Source: Candidatus Poribacteria bacterium (lineage in GTDB: Bacteria > Poribacteria > WGA-4E > WGA-3G). Taken from it: 64,000 nt of DNA. The DNA lies in contig CBDBFU010000012.1 in NCBI GenBank assembly GCA_965205025.1, positions 160,001-224,000 of the forward strand, written 5' to 3'. Shown piece after piece: positions 35,353-46,500 of this stretch. The notes below the pieces were generated by a model. The model did no database searches. It saw only the letters and a list, made by a program, of their open reading frames with translations, and was not told the DNA's origin. Position 1 is the stretch's first letter, and each line of letters opens with the position of its first letter. A program made the position numbers and the translations under genes.

Positions 35353-36369
35353 ATGCAAACACCACAACATAACGACCAAATGGATGCCGATGATGTTGCC
35401 GCAATTGATGAACTTAGAAAAGTATACGGCGAATTAAAAAGTACGCTGCACAAGATCATCATTGGACAAGAGCAAGTCATAGAAAACTTAGCAATCTGTC
35501 TCTTTTCTCAAGGACATGCCCTATTAATGGGTGTACCCGGATTAGCAAAAACACTATTAGTAAGTTGTTTCGCTGATACAATGGCATTATCTTTCAGAAG
35601 AATACAATTTACCCCCGATTTAATGCCTATGGACATCACGGGTACTGATATCCTACAGGAAATCCCTGGCGGAAAACGAGAGTTTGAGTTCGTCAAGGGA
35701 CCACTCTTCGCTAATCTTATCCTTGCCGATGAAATTAACAGAGCTCCTTCAAAAACACAAGCAGCCATGCTTGAAGCCATGCAGGAATATAAGATTACTG
35801 TTATCGGGAGGACATACCAGTTGGATCCACCTTTCTTTGTACTTGCAACACAAAACCCAATTGAACAGGAAGGAACATATCCACTACCAGAAGCACAATT
35901 AGATAGGTTCATGTTCAGAATTGAAGTAGATTATCCAAATCGTGTGGAAGAAATCGAAATTGCCAGAACAACAACAGGTATGTCTCTACCGACTTTGGAT
36001 CATGTAATCACAGGTGATCAAGTCCTGGCGTTTCAGAATCTTGTACGCCGTGTCCCAGTTCCGGAGCACATCTTTGAATTTGCTGTGGACTTAGCAAGAA
36101 GTACGCGTCCAAAAGGTGATGCTGCACCAGAATGGTTAAAACCGCTTGTAGCCTGGGGAGCCGGACCACGCGCAGTTCAATATCTAATTCTTGGGGCAAA
36201 AGCCCGCGCAGCACTTAGTGGTAGTTATATGGCACGGCTTGAAGATATCGTTGCAGTTGCAAATCCGGTATTAGGACACAGAGTCATCACATCTTTTGCT
36301 GCTGAATCGGAAAACATTACCAGTGGAGACATCGTTGACCGTCTTGTAGAAGAACTTTCTGAGAACTAA
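35353..36369 (+). CDS. moxR: MoxR-family AAA+ ATPase
   Basis: GVPGLAKT, RIQFTPDLMP, ADEINRAP-KTQAA-LEAMQE, ATQNPIEQEGTYPLPEAQLDRF. Confidence 0.95.
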   Translation: MQTPQHNDQMDADDVAAIDELRKVYGELKSTLHKIIIGQEQVIENLAICLFSQGHALLMGVPGLAKTLLVSCFADTMALSFRRIQFTPDLMPMDITGTDILQEIPGGKREFEFVKGPLFANLILADEINRAPSKTQAAMLEAMQEYKITVIGRTYQLDPPFFVLATQNPIEQEGTYPLPEAQLDRFMFRIEVDYPNRVEEIEIARTTTGMSLPTLDHVITGDQVLAFQNLVRRVPVPEHIFEFAVDLARSTRPKGDAAPEWLKPLVAWGAGPRAVQYLILGAKARAALSGSYMARLEDIVAVANPVLGHRVITSFAAESENITSGDIVDRLVEELSEN

Positions 36370-36540
36370 TATCGCTTCTGTGTTTTGGCATCTATCAATG
36401 AACCAGAATAACTAATCTTGCTATGTAAGGATTTAACTATATAAATCCTACAGAGTCTGTTGAATTACTTTATTAGATCACAATCATCAAAAAGATGCTC
36501 AACGGTCTAAAAACTATTAACTAAAAACTAACAACTATTT

Positions 36541-37443
36541 ATGGCAATACAACTAAAACGAGATTACCTCGATCAGAAAGTTCTTGAACGTCTATCAACA
36601 TTGGAACTACATGCTCGTTTACCGATGATAGGAAGTGTCGCGGGGAAACATCGCAGTCCAATTCGAGGTTCAAGCCTTGAATTTGCTGAATACCGAAAAT
36701 ATGTTCCCGGCGACGATACCCGAAGACTTGATTGGCGTGCTTATGCACGAAATGATCGGTATTATATTAAAGAATTTGAAGCAGATACAAACCTACGCCT
36801 ATGCCTTATTGTTGATACCAGTGGATCGATGGGTTTCGCGAATAACGGGATGAGTAAACTTGATTATGCCCGAAGGATCGGTGGTACATTAGCATATATT
36901 GCTGCACTACAAGGGGATGCAGTAGGACTTTATTGTGCTGGTGAACAATTTCATAAAGAAATACCACCAAAACGGAGCGCAACACATCTTGGGGCAGTAC
37001 TTGATGAACTCGGATCTGTGGAACCTACAGGTGAAACCGGATTAGTAGATATACTCCACGAAACGGCTGAACGTGTTCCGCAACGCGCAATGATTATTAT
37101 ACTATCTGATCTCTTTATTGATCCTGAAGAAGCGCGAAGTTGTTTTGAACATCTCCGATTTCGTAAACACGATGTTGCTGTCTTTCATCTTATGGAGCAA
37201 AACGAACTCGATTTCGAATTTGACCGTCCTATGCGATTTGTTGATTTAGAGGGAGGAGAACCTGTATTAGCAGATCCACACATCATAGGAACGCAATATC
37301 GGAGAGCAATAGAAACCTATATACAGAATATGGATGAAGTTATCCGTGATACAGAGATTGACTATCATAGGGTAAATATACACGAAGATTACGGAGACTT
37401 ACTGGCTCGATTCCTCTTAGGACGCACACCTAAAAAGCAATAA
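36541..37443 (+). CDS. DUF58 (vWA-like) protein
   Basis: GSSLEFAEYRKYVPGDDTRRLDW, VDTSGSM, ILSD. Confidence 0.92.
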   Translation: MAIQLKRDYLDQKVLERLSTLELHARLPMIGSVAGKHRSPIRGSSLEFAEYRKYVPGDDTRRLDWRAYARNDRYYIKEFEADTNLRLCLIVDTSGSMGFANNGMSKLDYARRIGGTLAYIAALQGDAVGLYCAGEQFHKEIPPKRSATHLGAVLDELGSVEPTGETGLVDILHETAERVPQRAMIIILSDLFIDPEEARSCFEHLRFRKHDVAVFHLMEQNELDFEFDRPMRFVDLEGGEPVLADPHIIGTQYRRAIETYIQNMDEVIRDTEIDYHRVNIHEDYGDLLARFLLGRTPKKQ

Positions 37444-37458
37444 AGAGGAATAGCATTT

Positions 37459-37608
37459 GGCTTTCAGCTTTCAGCCATCAGTATTCGGCTATCAGTCTCA
37501 CTTTAATAAATCAAACCATTATATTAAAGACAATGCTTGTCTATTTAATAAAGAAAATACGAACAGAAGGATAAATTGCTGACAGCTGATTGCTGATAGC
37601 CAATAGCC
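37459..37608. repeat. Inverted heptamer repeat arrays
   Basis: GGCTTTC AGCTTTC AGCCATC AGTATTC GGCTATC ... GACAGCT GATTGCT GATAGCC AATAGCC. Confidence 0.7.
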
Positions 37609-37612
37609 AAAT

Positions 37613-39628
37613 ATGAATTTCCTACAACCACTTACATTATTTGCACTACCTTTAATACTACTCCCAATAATTATACACCTCATTAACCAACGCAGACACC
37701 GAACCGTTCCTTGGGCAGCAATGATGTTCCTCATAACCGCAAAACGTATGAGTAAAGGAATGGCGCGGCTAAGGCATATCCTCATATTACTTATGCGAAC
37801 ATTGGCTATCGCAGCACTCATCTTTGCAATCAGTCGACCCTTATCAGGTGGATGGCTCGGTAGCATTGGCATGACAAAACCGGATGTCACTATGGTGCTA
37901 CTCGATAGATCCGCAAGCATGGAAACCCAAGATTTACAAGCCAATGAATCAAAAAGAACTACAGCACTAAAAAAGTTAGCTGATTTACTAAAACAAGGGG
38001 ATTACGGAAATAACCTCATTCTAATTGACAGTGCAACCGGAAAACTTCAAGATGTTGATTCACCAGATGCATTACTAAGCCTTCCCATGACCCAAGCCAG
38101 CGCAACTACTGCCGATATTCCCAGTATGCTCGAAACAGCATTAACCTATCTAAAAGCGAATAACTCCGGACGTGCAGAAGTATGGATATGTTCAGATCTA
38201 AGAGAGAATGATTGGGTAGTTAATAGTGGTCGATGGGATGCACTACACAACGAATTTACACAATTAGAAGGTATTCATTTTTTCTTATTAGCATATTCAG
38301 AAATACCTGAAAACAATCTATCGGTTAGAGTCAATAACATACAACGGTGGCAACACGGCAACGAAGCTGAACTCATACTCGATATAAGAGTTCGTACTGA
38401 AGGGTATAACACTGGTATACCTAAGATCCCAATTGAGTTTGATGTCAATAATGTCCGTTCTGTCGTGGAGGTGGAACTTGATGATCAAGGGGCATCTATA
38501 CAAGGACATCGAATTCCAATTGAAGGAACACTTAAAACCGGTTGGGGATCTGTTGGACTACCCGGTGATGCAAACCCATTGGATAATCGATTCTTCTTTG
38601 TATTCTCTGAACCACCTGTAAGGAAAACCGTTATTGTTAGTGATAGTGCAAACATAGGTGAAGCTTTCCGGCGTGCCCTTGCAATTCCAGCAGATTCTCG
38701 ACTGCAACATCAAGCGGATGTTGTCCCTGTAGAACGCATAGCGGAGATTGATTGGGTAAACACGGCACTATTAATATGGCAAGCAGCATTACCGGATGGA
38801 TTGGTTGCTGAACAGATCCAGAACTTCGTAAACGAAGGAAAGGCTGTTTTCTTTTTCCCACCAAGTAAGAATACAGGTCTTCAATTTTATGAATCGCAGT
38901 GGGATGAATGGAATAGCGGAGATGGTGGCAATCCGAATGAGATCTCATGGTGGCGCGGCGATACCGATATTTTAGCTCATGTAGATAGTGGTGATCCCTT
39001 ACCTCTAAACGAACTGCGTACATTTCGATATCGTACCCTTGAAACGAATGGAACAACTTTAGCAAGATTCAGCAATGATGCTCCCCTTATATCATATATA
39101 CCAACAGATCGCGGCGCAGTGTATTTCTGTAGTACTTTACCAACAGCACAATACTCATCTTTTGAACGGGACGGTATAACGTTTTATATCATGTTGAATC
39201 GTGTGTTAGCACAAGGGAGTAGTGCATTAGCAATGGCTGCTCAACGCAATGCATCTTTAGACCTATTTAGTGATAATAATCAATGGAAGACCGTTGCTCC
39301 TGAAGGGAAAGTAGAATCGCTATCACAACGCGGCTTACATGCAGGAGTCTATCAAAATGAAGATCAATGGGTTGCAGTCAATAGAGATGAAGAAGAAGAT
39401 ACTGCTAAGGCAGAACCCAATGAGAAAGTGGATGGACTGTTCACGGACTTGTCATATAGACGAATAGATGTTGAAGTTGGGGATACCTCTTCATTAGCAA
39501 GTGAACTCTGGCGGACATTTCTCATTGCTATGATTGTAGCACTCATCCTTGAAGCATTCTTTAGTCTACCAAGTAAAAAAGTTGAAACCAATCCACAGTT
39601 AGACTTCGCTACTGCAGAAGGAGATTAA
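37613..39628 (+). CDS. BatA N-terminal double-TM plus vWA domain protein
   Basis: LPIIIHLINQRR-VPWAAMMFL, LLDRSASM MIDAS, ICSD; C-terminal TM. Confidence 0.88.
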   Translation: MNFLQPLTLFALPLILLPIIIHLINQRRHRTVPWAAMMFLITAKRMSKGMARLRHILILLMRTLAIAALIFAISRPLSGGWLGSIGMTKPDVTMVLLDRSASMETQDLQANESKRTTALKKLADLLKQGDYGNNLILIDSATGKLQDVDSPDALLSLPMTQASATTADIPSMLETALTYLKANNSGRAEVWICSDLRENDWVVNSGRWDALHNEFTQLEGIHFFLLAYSEIPENNLSVRVNNIQRWQHGNEAELILDIRVRTEGYNTGIPKIPIEFDVNNVRSVVEVELDDQGASIQGHRIPIEGTLKTGWGSVGLPGDANPLDNRFFFVFSEPPVRKTVIVSDSANIGEAFRRALAIPADSRLQHQADVVPVERIAEIDWVNTALLIWQAALPDGLVAEQIQNFVNEGKAVFFFPPSKNTGLQFYESQWDEWNSGDGGNPNEISWWRGDTDILAHVDSGDPLPLNELRTFRYRTLETNGTTLARFSNDAPLISYIPTDRGAVYFCSTLPTAQYSSFERDGITFYIMLNRVLAQGSSALAMAAQRNASLDLFSDNNQWKTVAPEGKVESLSQRGLHAGVYQNEDQWVAVNRDEEEDTAKAEPNEKVDGLFTDLSYRRIDVEVGDTSSLASELWRTFLIAMIVALILEAFFSLPSKKVETNPQLDFATAEGD

Positions 39629-39633
39629 AACAT

Positions 39634-39692
39634 CGTCAATTGAAGCGTCTTTAGCCAAATTGACACCTATCGTTCAGTTTCTTAACTGAACC
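39634..39692. mobile_element. Degenerate mini-derivative of the IS4 ends next to a degenerate REP
   Basis: CGTCAATT...AAATTGACACCTAT followed by GTTCAGTTTCTTAACTGAACC, the same order as the IS right end at 23024-23058. Confidence 0.55.
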
Positions 39693-39775
39693 AAATACAT
39701 AAAGTGCGGATAAATAAACACGAATAAGACCACTGAGAACTAAGCCAATAACTTAATTGGAGACAAATATATAAA

Positions 39776-41983
39776 ATGCAGGATCAACAAGGTTACCTAC
39801 AATTCTTCACCGACAACACAGTTATTATAACAGGAATAATTATTGTGCTGGTTACCGCTGTATTATGTGGGTTAGCATGGTATCGAAGCGGATTCCGTAA
39901 TAAAATTGGGTTGCTTGAACTACTTCGATTAGTTCTGGTCATACTCGTAGTTTTAACACTAAATCAACCTGAATGGTTAGAATCACAACCTCCAGAACAA
40001 CGTTCCACGCTTGCTGTCCTATGGGATAAATCCAATAGTATGCAAACACGGGATGTAATTAATGAAGAAAACGGTACATCCGAACGCAAAACACGAGCTG
40101 AAACTATTGAACCCTTGATAACTGAAGAAGCATGGCAGCTACCTGATGATTCTGAACTAAATGTCGTTTTCGAACCCTTTTCTTCTCAATTAGATCCTCC
40201 AGAAGAGGGAACAGACATAAACGCAGGTATGTCACACGTTTTAGAGACACACAGCAATCTACGTGGTGTAGTATTACTTTCCGATGGAGATAGGAATATC
40301 GGCAACTCACCAGTTGACGCAGCAACACGGTTTCACATGAAGGGAATACCTGTTTTTACAGTTGGCGTCGGTAGTAAAGTTCCTCTGCCAGATCTGGAGT
40401 TAGTCAGCATGAACGCCCCTACCTACGGTGTTACAAAAAAAGAACTTCGTATACCCTATGTGATTCGAAACACCATGGGACAGGATAGGGAGGTTACCCT
40501 TACACTATCAATTAACGATAAAAGTATAACGACTAAGGTAATCACTGTTCCAGCAATGGGACAATCACAGGATAATGTGTCTTGGACGCCACAAGAAACT
40601 GGTGAATATGATATTAAGATTACACTTGCAAAAGATGCTCAAGAATTAATCCCTGAGAATAACGAACTTTCAGCACCAATATCCATTCGTGAAGAACAGT
40701 TGAAAATACTTGTCATTGAATCCTATCCAAGATGGGAGTACAGATATCTAAGAAATGCATTAGAACGGGATGCTGGTGTTAATGTATCCTGTTTGCTCTT
40801 CCATCCAAAATTACCGCAAATGGGAGGAGGTCGTAGTTATATAGATCGTTTTCCTGACGCAAGAGAACTTAGCGAATTTGACGTGGTGTTTCTCGGAGAT
40901 GTCGGTATTGATGCTGATCAACTCACGGTTGAACAAGCACAAGATCTACGGCAACTGGTAACCGCACAAGCTGCAGGTATTGTTTTCATACCGGGACGTA
41001 CTGGTGCGCAAGAATCTCTAACGATTGGTCCTCTCGCAGATCTTTATCCTGTTGTGTTAGATCCCGCTGTGCCGAAAGGAATTGGTTCAAATATACAAGG
41101 TTATTTCGCACTCACAGAACCCGGGCAACGAAGTCTATTAACCCGTCTTAGCGATACTGATCTTACCAATAGTGAGGTATGGCAAGCATTACCCGGATTC
41201 TTTTGGTATGCAGGTATCCAACGGGCAAAAGTTGGTACAGAAATATTGGCAGTACATGATCAGGTCGCTACTGCATCAGGACGGGTTCCACTTATTGTCA
41301 CCAAAACTTACGGTACAGGTAAAGTCCTATTTATGGGTACAGACAGTGCATGGCGTTGGAGACACGGGGTTGAAGACAAATACCATTATCGCTTCTGGAG
41401 TCAAGTCGCACGATGGATGGCATACAGACGCCAAATGGCACAAGGTGAATCTATACGACTATTCTTCGCACCAGATAGACCAAGTGTAGATGATGTAGTG
41501 ACATTAAACGCAAACGTAATGGATAATGTTGGAGGTCCATTGGACAGAGGTACAGTAATTGTACAAGCAATATCACCCGCCGGTAAAACAGAGACAATAC
41601 GATTACAACCAGGCACTGATGATGCATGGGGATTATTTGTTGGAACGTTTTCACCAAAGGAAGCAGGGAATTACAAACTCATAGCAAGTAGTAGCGAGAC
41701 AGGTGCATCTGTAGAGACAGACCTATCCGTTCAAGGTCTAAATCGCGAACAACAAGGTAAGTTAGCGCGTTTTGATGTGCTTGAAGAAATTGCTAATATC
41801 ACCGATGGAAAAATGGTCACTATATCGGAAGTATCAAGTTTGTTAGATCATCTCGCAGCCTTACCAGAACCGCAACCAATTGTTCAACGGACACGAATCT
41901 GGGCACATCCGTTGTGGGGAGGATTGCTAATATTACTCCTCGGTGTCTTCTGGGTCGCACGCAAAATGGTCGGTGCAATATAG
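39776..41983 (+). CDS. Membrane protein with vWA-like and GATase-like domains
   Basis: WDKSNSM, LLSDG, PRWEYRYLRNALERD, YGTGKVLF-WRWR-FWSQ; N- and C-terminal TMs. Confidence 0.82.
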   Translation: MQDQQGYLQFFTDNTVIITGIIIVLVTAVLCGLAWYRSGFRNKIGLLELLRLVLVILVVLTLNQPEWLESQPPEQRSTLAVLWDKSNSMQTRDVINEENGTSERKTRAETIEPLITEEAWQLPDDSELNVVFEPFSSQLDPPEEGTDINAGMSHVLETHSNLRGVVLLSDGDRNIGNSPVDAATRFHMKGIPVFTVGVGSKVPLPDLELVSMNAPTYGVTKKELRIPYVIRNTMGQDREVTLTLSINDKSITTKVITVPAMGQSQDNVSWTPQETGEYDIKITLAKDAQELIPENNELSAPISIREEQLKILVIESYPRWEYRYLRNALERDAGVNVSCLLFHPKLPQMGGGRSYIDRFPDARELSEFDVVFLGDVGIDADQLTVEQAQDLRQLVTAQAAGIVFIPGRTGAQESLTIGPLADLYPVVLDPAVPKGIGSNIQGYFALTEPGQRSLLTRLSDTDLTNSEVWQALPGFFWYAGIQRAKVGTEILAVHDQVATASGRVPLIVTKTYGTGKVLFMGTDSAWRWRHGVEDKYHYRFWSQVARWMAYRRQMAQGESIRLFFAPDRPSVDDVVTLNANVMDNVGGPLDRGTVIVQAISPAGKTETIRLQPGTDDAWGLFVGTFSPKEAGNYKLIASSSETGASVETDLSVQGLNREQQGKLARFDVLEEIANITDGKMVTISEVSSLLDHLAALPEPQPIVQRTRIWAHPLWGGLLILLLGVFWVARKMVGAI

Positions 41984-42071
41984 TTGTAATTTAATACAAC
42001 ATCTATTGTACATACTGATATAATACACCAAGTCTAAGCTTATGCTAATCTGAATCTCCTTTGAGGATTCT

Positions 42072-43244
42072 ATGCAAGGATCAAATATCAGAGAACTTTT
42101 TTATATAACACATATTGATAATCTTAGTTCTATTCTGTCACTGGGAGTTTATTCTCATGAGAAAATTGAAGGTGGAGAAGTACACTCGACACCTATTTAT
42201 GATACTAATATAGTTACTCGACGTGGAGAAAAAACAACCCCAAATGGTAGAAATCTATGGTCCTATGCAAATCTTTATTTTCAACCACGTAATGCGATGA
42301 TGTACCGCGTTGTCCATGAAAAAGACTGTGCCAATTTAGCGGTTGTTGGAATTAAGACGAATATATTGACTGAAAATGGTGTATATATCACCGATGGAAA
42401 TGCTGCACATGATTCAACACAATTTTATCTTCCAAATGAAGGGATGGGTGTACTTAACAAACAATGGTCAATAATTCAAAATCAGTGGTGGAATAGAGAT
42501 GACGGATCTAAACGCAAGATTATGGCAGAATGTCTAATTCCAAGTCAGGTCAATCCTGATTATATTCAAGCCGTTTATGTTGCTAACAACTCAACGCGAG
42601 AAAAAGCTCAAAGTATATTAGGTGATTCAAACATTCCAATTAGCACACAGCCAGACATGTTTTTCCAACCTTACAGTCGTACAAAAATTGGTGCAAATAT
42701 TTCCTTAATTGATGGAGATATGTTCTTTTCAAATCTTCAGACACTAACTATTAGCGTTAATCTACAAGGTATTATGGGAAAAGGATTAGCTTCACGCGCG
42801 AAGTATCAATTTCCGGATGTCTATGTTGCCTACCAAGATGCTTGTCGATCAAAAAGAATCACTGCAACAAGACCATTTCTATACAAACGTGAAAGTTCAT
42901 TGGATGATGAATTGGCTGATCTGGAAACACCACTTGTTACATCTAATGCTGTAAAGTGGTTTCTCCTATTTGCAACAAAACGCCGTTGGAGGGACAACTC
43001 ACGGATGGATGATGTTGAAGGGGGGCTTAAATGGGTTCGAGACAATTATCAAAAACAAGGAATTAAATCTCTTGCTTTGCCGGCACTCGGTTGTGGATTA
43101 GGTGGTTTGGATTGGAAGACAGTTGGACCACTGATGTGTAAATTTCTACATGGAATTGATATCTTGGTTGCCATCTATTTGCCCCAAGAATCTAAAATTG
43201 AGGATCAATATAAAACAGAATCACATCTTCTATCATCTAAATAG
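42072..43244 (+). CDS. DarT-like DNA ADP-ribosyltransferase fused to a DarG-like macrodomain
   Basis: N-terminal YITHIDNL-IL, YANLYFQPRNAMMY, TDGNAA, MAECL; C-terminal GDMF, VNLQGIMGKGLA, FATKRRW, ALPALGCGLGGLDW. Confidence 0.88.
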   Translation: MQGSNIRELFYITHIDNLSSILSLGVYSHEKIEGGEVHSTPIYDTNIVTRRGEKTTPNGRNLWSYANLYFQPRNAMMYRVVHEKDCANLAVVGIKTNILTENGVYITDGNAAHDSTQFYLPNEGMGVLNKQWSIIQNQWWNRDDGSKRKIMAECLIPSQVNPDYIQAVYVANNSTREKAQSILGDSNIPISTQPDMFFQPYSRTKIGANISLIDGDMFFSNLQTLTISVNLQGIMGKGLASRAKYQFPDVYVAYQDACRSKRITATRPFLYKRESSLDDELADLETPLVTSNAVKWFLLFATKRRWRDNSRMDDVEGGLKWVRDNYQKQGIKSLALPALGCGLGGLDWKTVGPLMCKFLHGIDILVAIYLPQESKIEDQYKTESHLLSSK

Positions 43245-43522
43245 TCAGTATTGTGAATTTTTATAAATTCGAAAAAGTGTCTATAAACCCAGTCTGTGAC
43301 AGGTGGAATCGGGTAATATGTAGTGTCACACCGTGTGACAAAAAGTGTAACATTTTACGCTTTTGTGTGAATTATAAAATATGAACAACATTCAAACAAC
43401 TTACAGACTGTTAGAACGACCTATTCATTGAAATCCAGAACGAATTAAAGGTATAATCTATAAACAACTGATAACTTTAAACTTACTGCTAATCACTAAC
43501 AGGTATAATACCGGAGGTGTTT

Positions 43523-46500
43523 ATGAACCAAACACATTCAAAAGAAAACAATATCAACCTACCTCCACGAATGAAATCTGCCCTTAACCAATACAAGAAA
43601 AGGGTATGGATAATTAAACTCGCAGAGGGAACTTTAGCTGCTCTCTTCGGGCTCATCATATCATATCTCGTTGTTTTTGGATTAGATCGACTCTTTGATA
43701 CACATGCACTCCTACGCGGACTCATCCTGATTGTTGGGATGATTGGAATGGTTGTATTTTTACCATTAAAATATTACAACTGGGTTTGGAAAAACCGCCA
43801 TCTTGAAGGTATCGCACGATTATTGCAGCGAAAATATCCACGATTTGGTGACCATGTACTGGGTATCATTGAACTCGCATCAAATAGATCAGATAAATAC
43901 TCCAGTCCCGCATTAATATCTGCTGCTATGCAGCAGGTTGACGAAGAGGTTGCAAAACATAATCTGGCAGAGGCTGTTCCAATGCCACGCCACAGACGAT
44001 GGGCATTAGCCGTAGGTATCCCATTAATAATCATCATTATCGGTATACTAATTATTCCTGCACCAAGTCGCAATGCTTTAGCGCGATGGTTAACACCATG
44101 GCGAAAGGTCGAACGTTATACTTTCGCACAATTGGATGGAGAGACAAACAAACGTGTTGTTGCCTATGCGGAACCTTTCAATGTGAATGCACAGTTAAAA
44201 GAGAACTCACCTTGGAAACCTGAATCAGGACAAGCACAATATGCAGACCAAAATCCTGTAGTTGCAGAGCGGGACGAGTCAAGCTATAAGTTTGAATTAC
44301 CACCACAGACAGAAGATGGAAAACTAAATCTCCGCATAGGGGATGCAAGACGTGCCATACCTATCGAACCTAAATTACGTCCAGCCCTAAAAGAATTGAT
44401 TGCTAAAGTACAACTTCCTGAATACTTACAACGTCCTGAACCAGAAACAGTTGATATTCGTGGGGGAATAATTAACATCGTAAAAGGCAGTAGTGCAACC
44501 TTAGAAGCAACAATTACACGTGAACTATCCGAAGCAACATTAAATAATCGTCCGCAAAAGGTTGATGGAACACGCATAATTACTGAACCAATATCCAATG
44601 ATACCACTACTGAAATACAACTTGCATGGAAAGATAATTATGGACTTACAGCATCAGCGCCTCAAATACTTCAATTTGAGGTTAAAGAAGATGATACACC
44701 ATCAGTTACATTAGGTAAACTTAAGAATAATCAAGTTGTTCTTTCTACTGAAGTACTCACATTTGAAATTCAAGCTGATGATGACTACGGTGTAAAAAAG
44801 GTCGGTTTGGAATGGAAAGGTATTGAGAGTCCAATCCAAAATCCTGAACCTGACGAAGGAGAGAAAACCGTTTCGGCGGGTTCACCTACATCAGAATCTC
44901 TAATCGTTCCTGCCACCTTTTCTATTGAGCGAGAAAAAATACGTCCTCAAAGTTTTCGTCTAAGAGCGTATGCTGAAGACTATTTTCCAAATAGAGAACG
45001 AACATATTCTCCACAGATTGTACTCCACGTTCTCGGTCCGACAGAGCATTTTAAATGGGTCATCGGTCAGATGCAACTCTGGGCAAGTGCTGCAAAAGAT
45101 GTACACGATAGAGAATTACAACTACATCAAAAAAATCTTGAATTACGTGACATGACACCTCAGCAATTGGATACACCAGCACAACGTAAAGTTTTGCAAA
45201 ATCAGGCAGCCGCAGAACGAACAAATGCTGCAAAACTTGATAGTCTAATAGGCTCCGGTGTTGAACTTCTTCAAGAAGCTACAAAAAATGATGAATTTGA
45301 TCCCGATCAACTCAACTCATGGGCAGAAATGCTCAATAAATTAGAAGAAATCGCTGGTAAGAAAATGCCTTCTGTCGCTGACTTACTCGCACAAGCAGCT
45401 CAAGCACCCGGACAACAGGGCAATCAGAATCCTTCTGAAAGTAGTCAACAAGATCCATCTCAAAATACATCGGCTCAAAACGGTCAGCAATCTCAGGGGA
45501 CTAATAATTCAGAATCACCATCGGATAATGCTATCGCTGATACAAAAAAGTATGGTCCTGATGATATTTTTTCTGCTGAAGATGCTGAAGAATCAGAGGA
45601 GACAGATGATCCTAACAAACCCGGAAATGTTGCCGGTGTAGACCGAAGCAAACCTGCTGCCGGGGAGAGTCCAGGAACTGCACCCCCTAATAATCCTGCT
45701 CCTACTGTGGGAGATGTTGAATCTGGGTTTAATAAACCTGAAAAACCTAATGATGCACCCCCAGGACAAATGGTCGGCGGGTTGGGACTTGCTACCACTA
45801 CTCTCAAAGGAAGCGGTAGAGAAGAACAAGAAAACGAACAAGATGAACAAGATCCATCAGCATCTGATTTTGTTATTCAAGCTGTTGAAATTCAAAAAGA
45901 ATTGTTGGATGCTTTTTCTGAAGTATCTGATGAGATTAAAAGACTGCTCGCGGGATTAGAGAATAGTACATTTGTAAAAAGATTGAAAGCTGCTTCAAGA
46001 AAACAGATTGATGTCGCAGTTGACCTAAACAAAATGGATGCCTTCGGTCTTGCAAATAGAGCATCAAACAATCAGGAACAACGTAAACGAATTGCATATA
46101 TAGAGGATACCGAAGCAAAGACTGTGAATACTATTATACAAGATATGGCAGCCTATGTTGATCGAAGACCAAATGAAGCTTATTTGCGTGTACTCAAAGA
46201 AATGGAAGATGCTACCGTCGCTACTGAAATGAAGGCTATTATTACTGCAATCAATAGAAATATGGTCGGTGTTTCTACAATTGAAGCTGAATATTGGGCG
46301 GATACATTCGACAGATGGGCTGAACAACTCGTCGGACCGATGCCACCCCCATCAGGTGAAGGAGGTTATATGGAATTACCTAACTTACCTCCAGAAATTA
46401 TACTAAGGGTATTGCGCGTCATTGACCGTGAAATGCAATTGCGAGAAGAAACACGCGAAGTTGAACAAGCAAGAAATGCACTTACAGAGGATGAATATTA

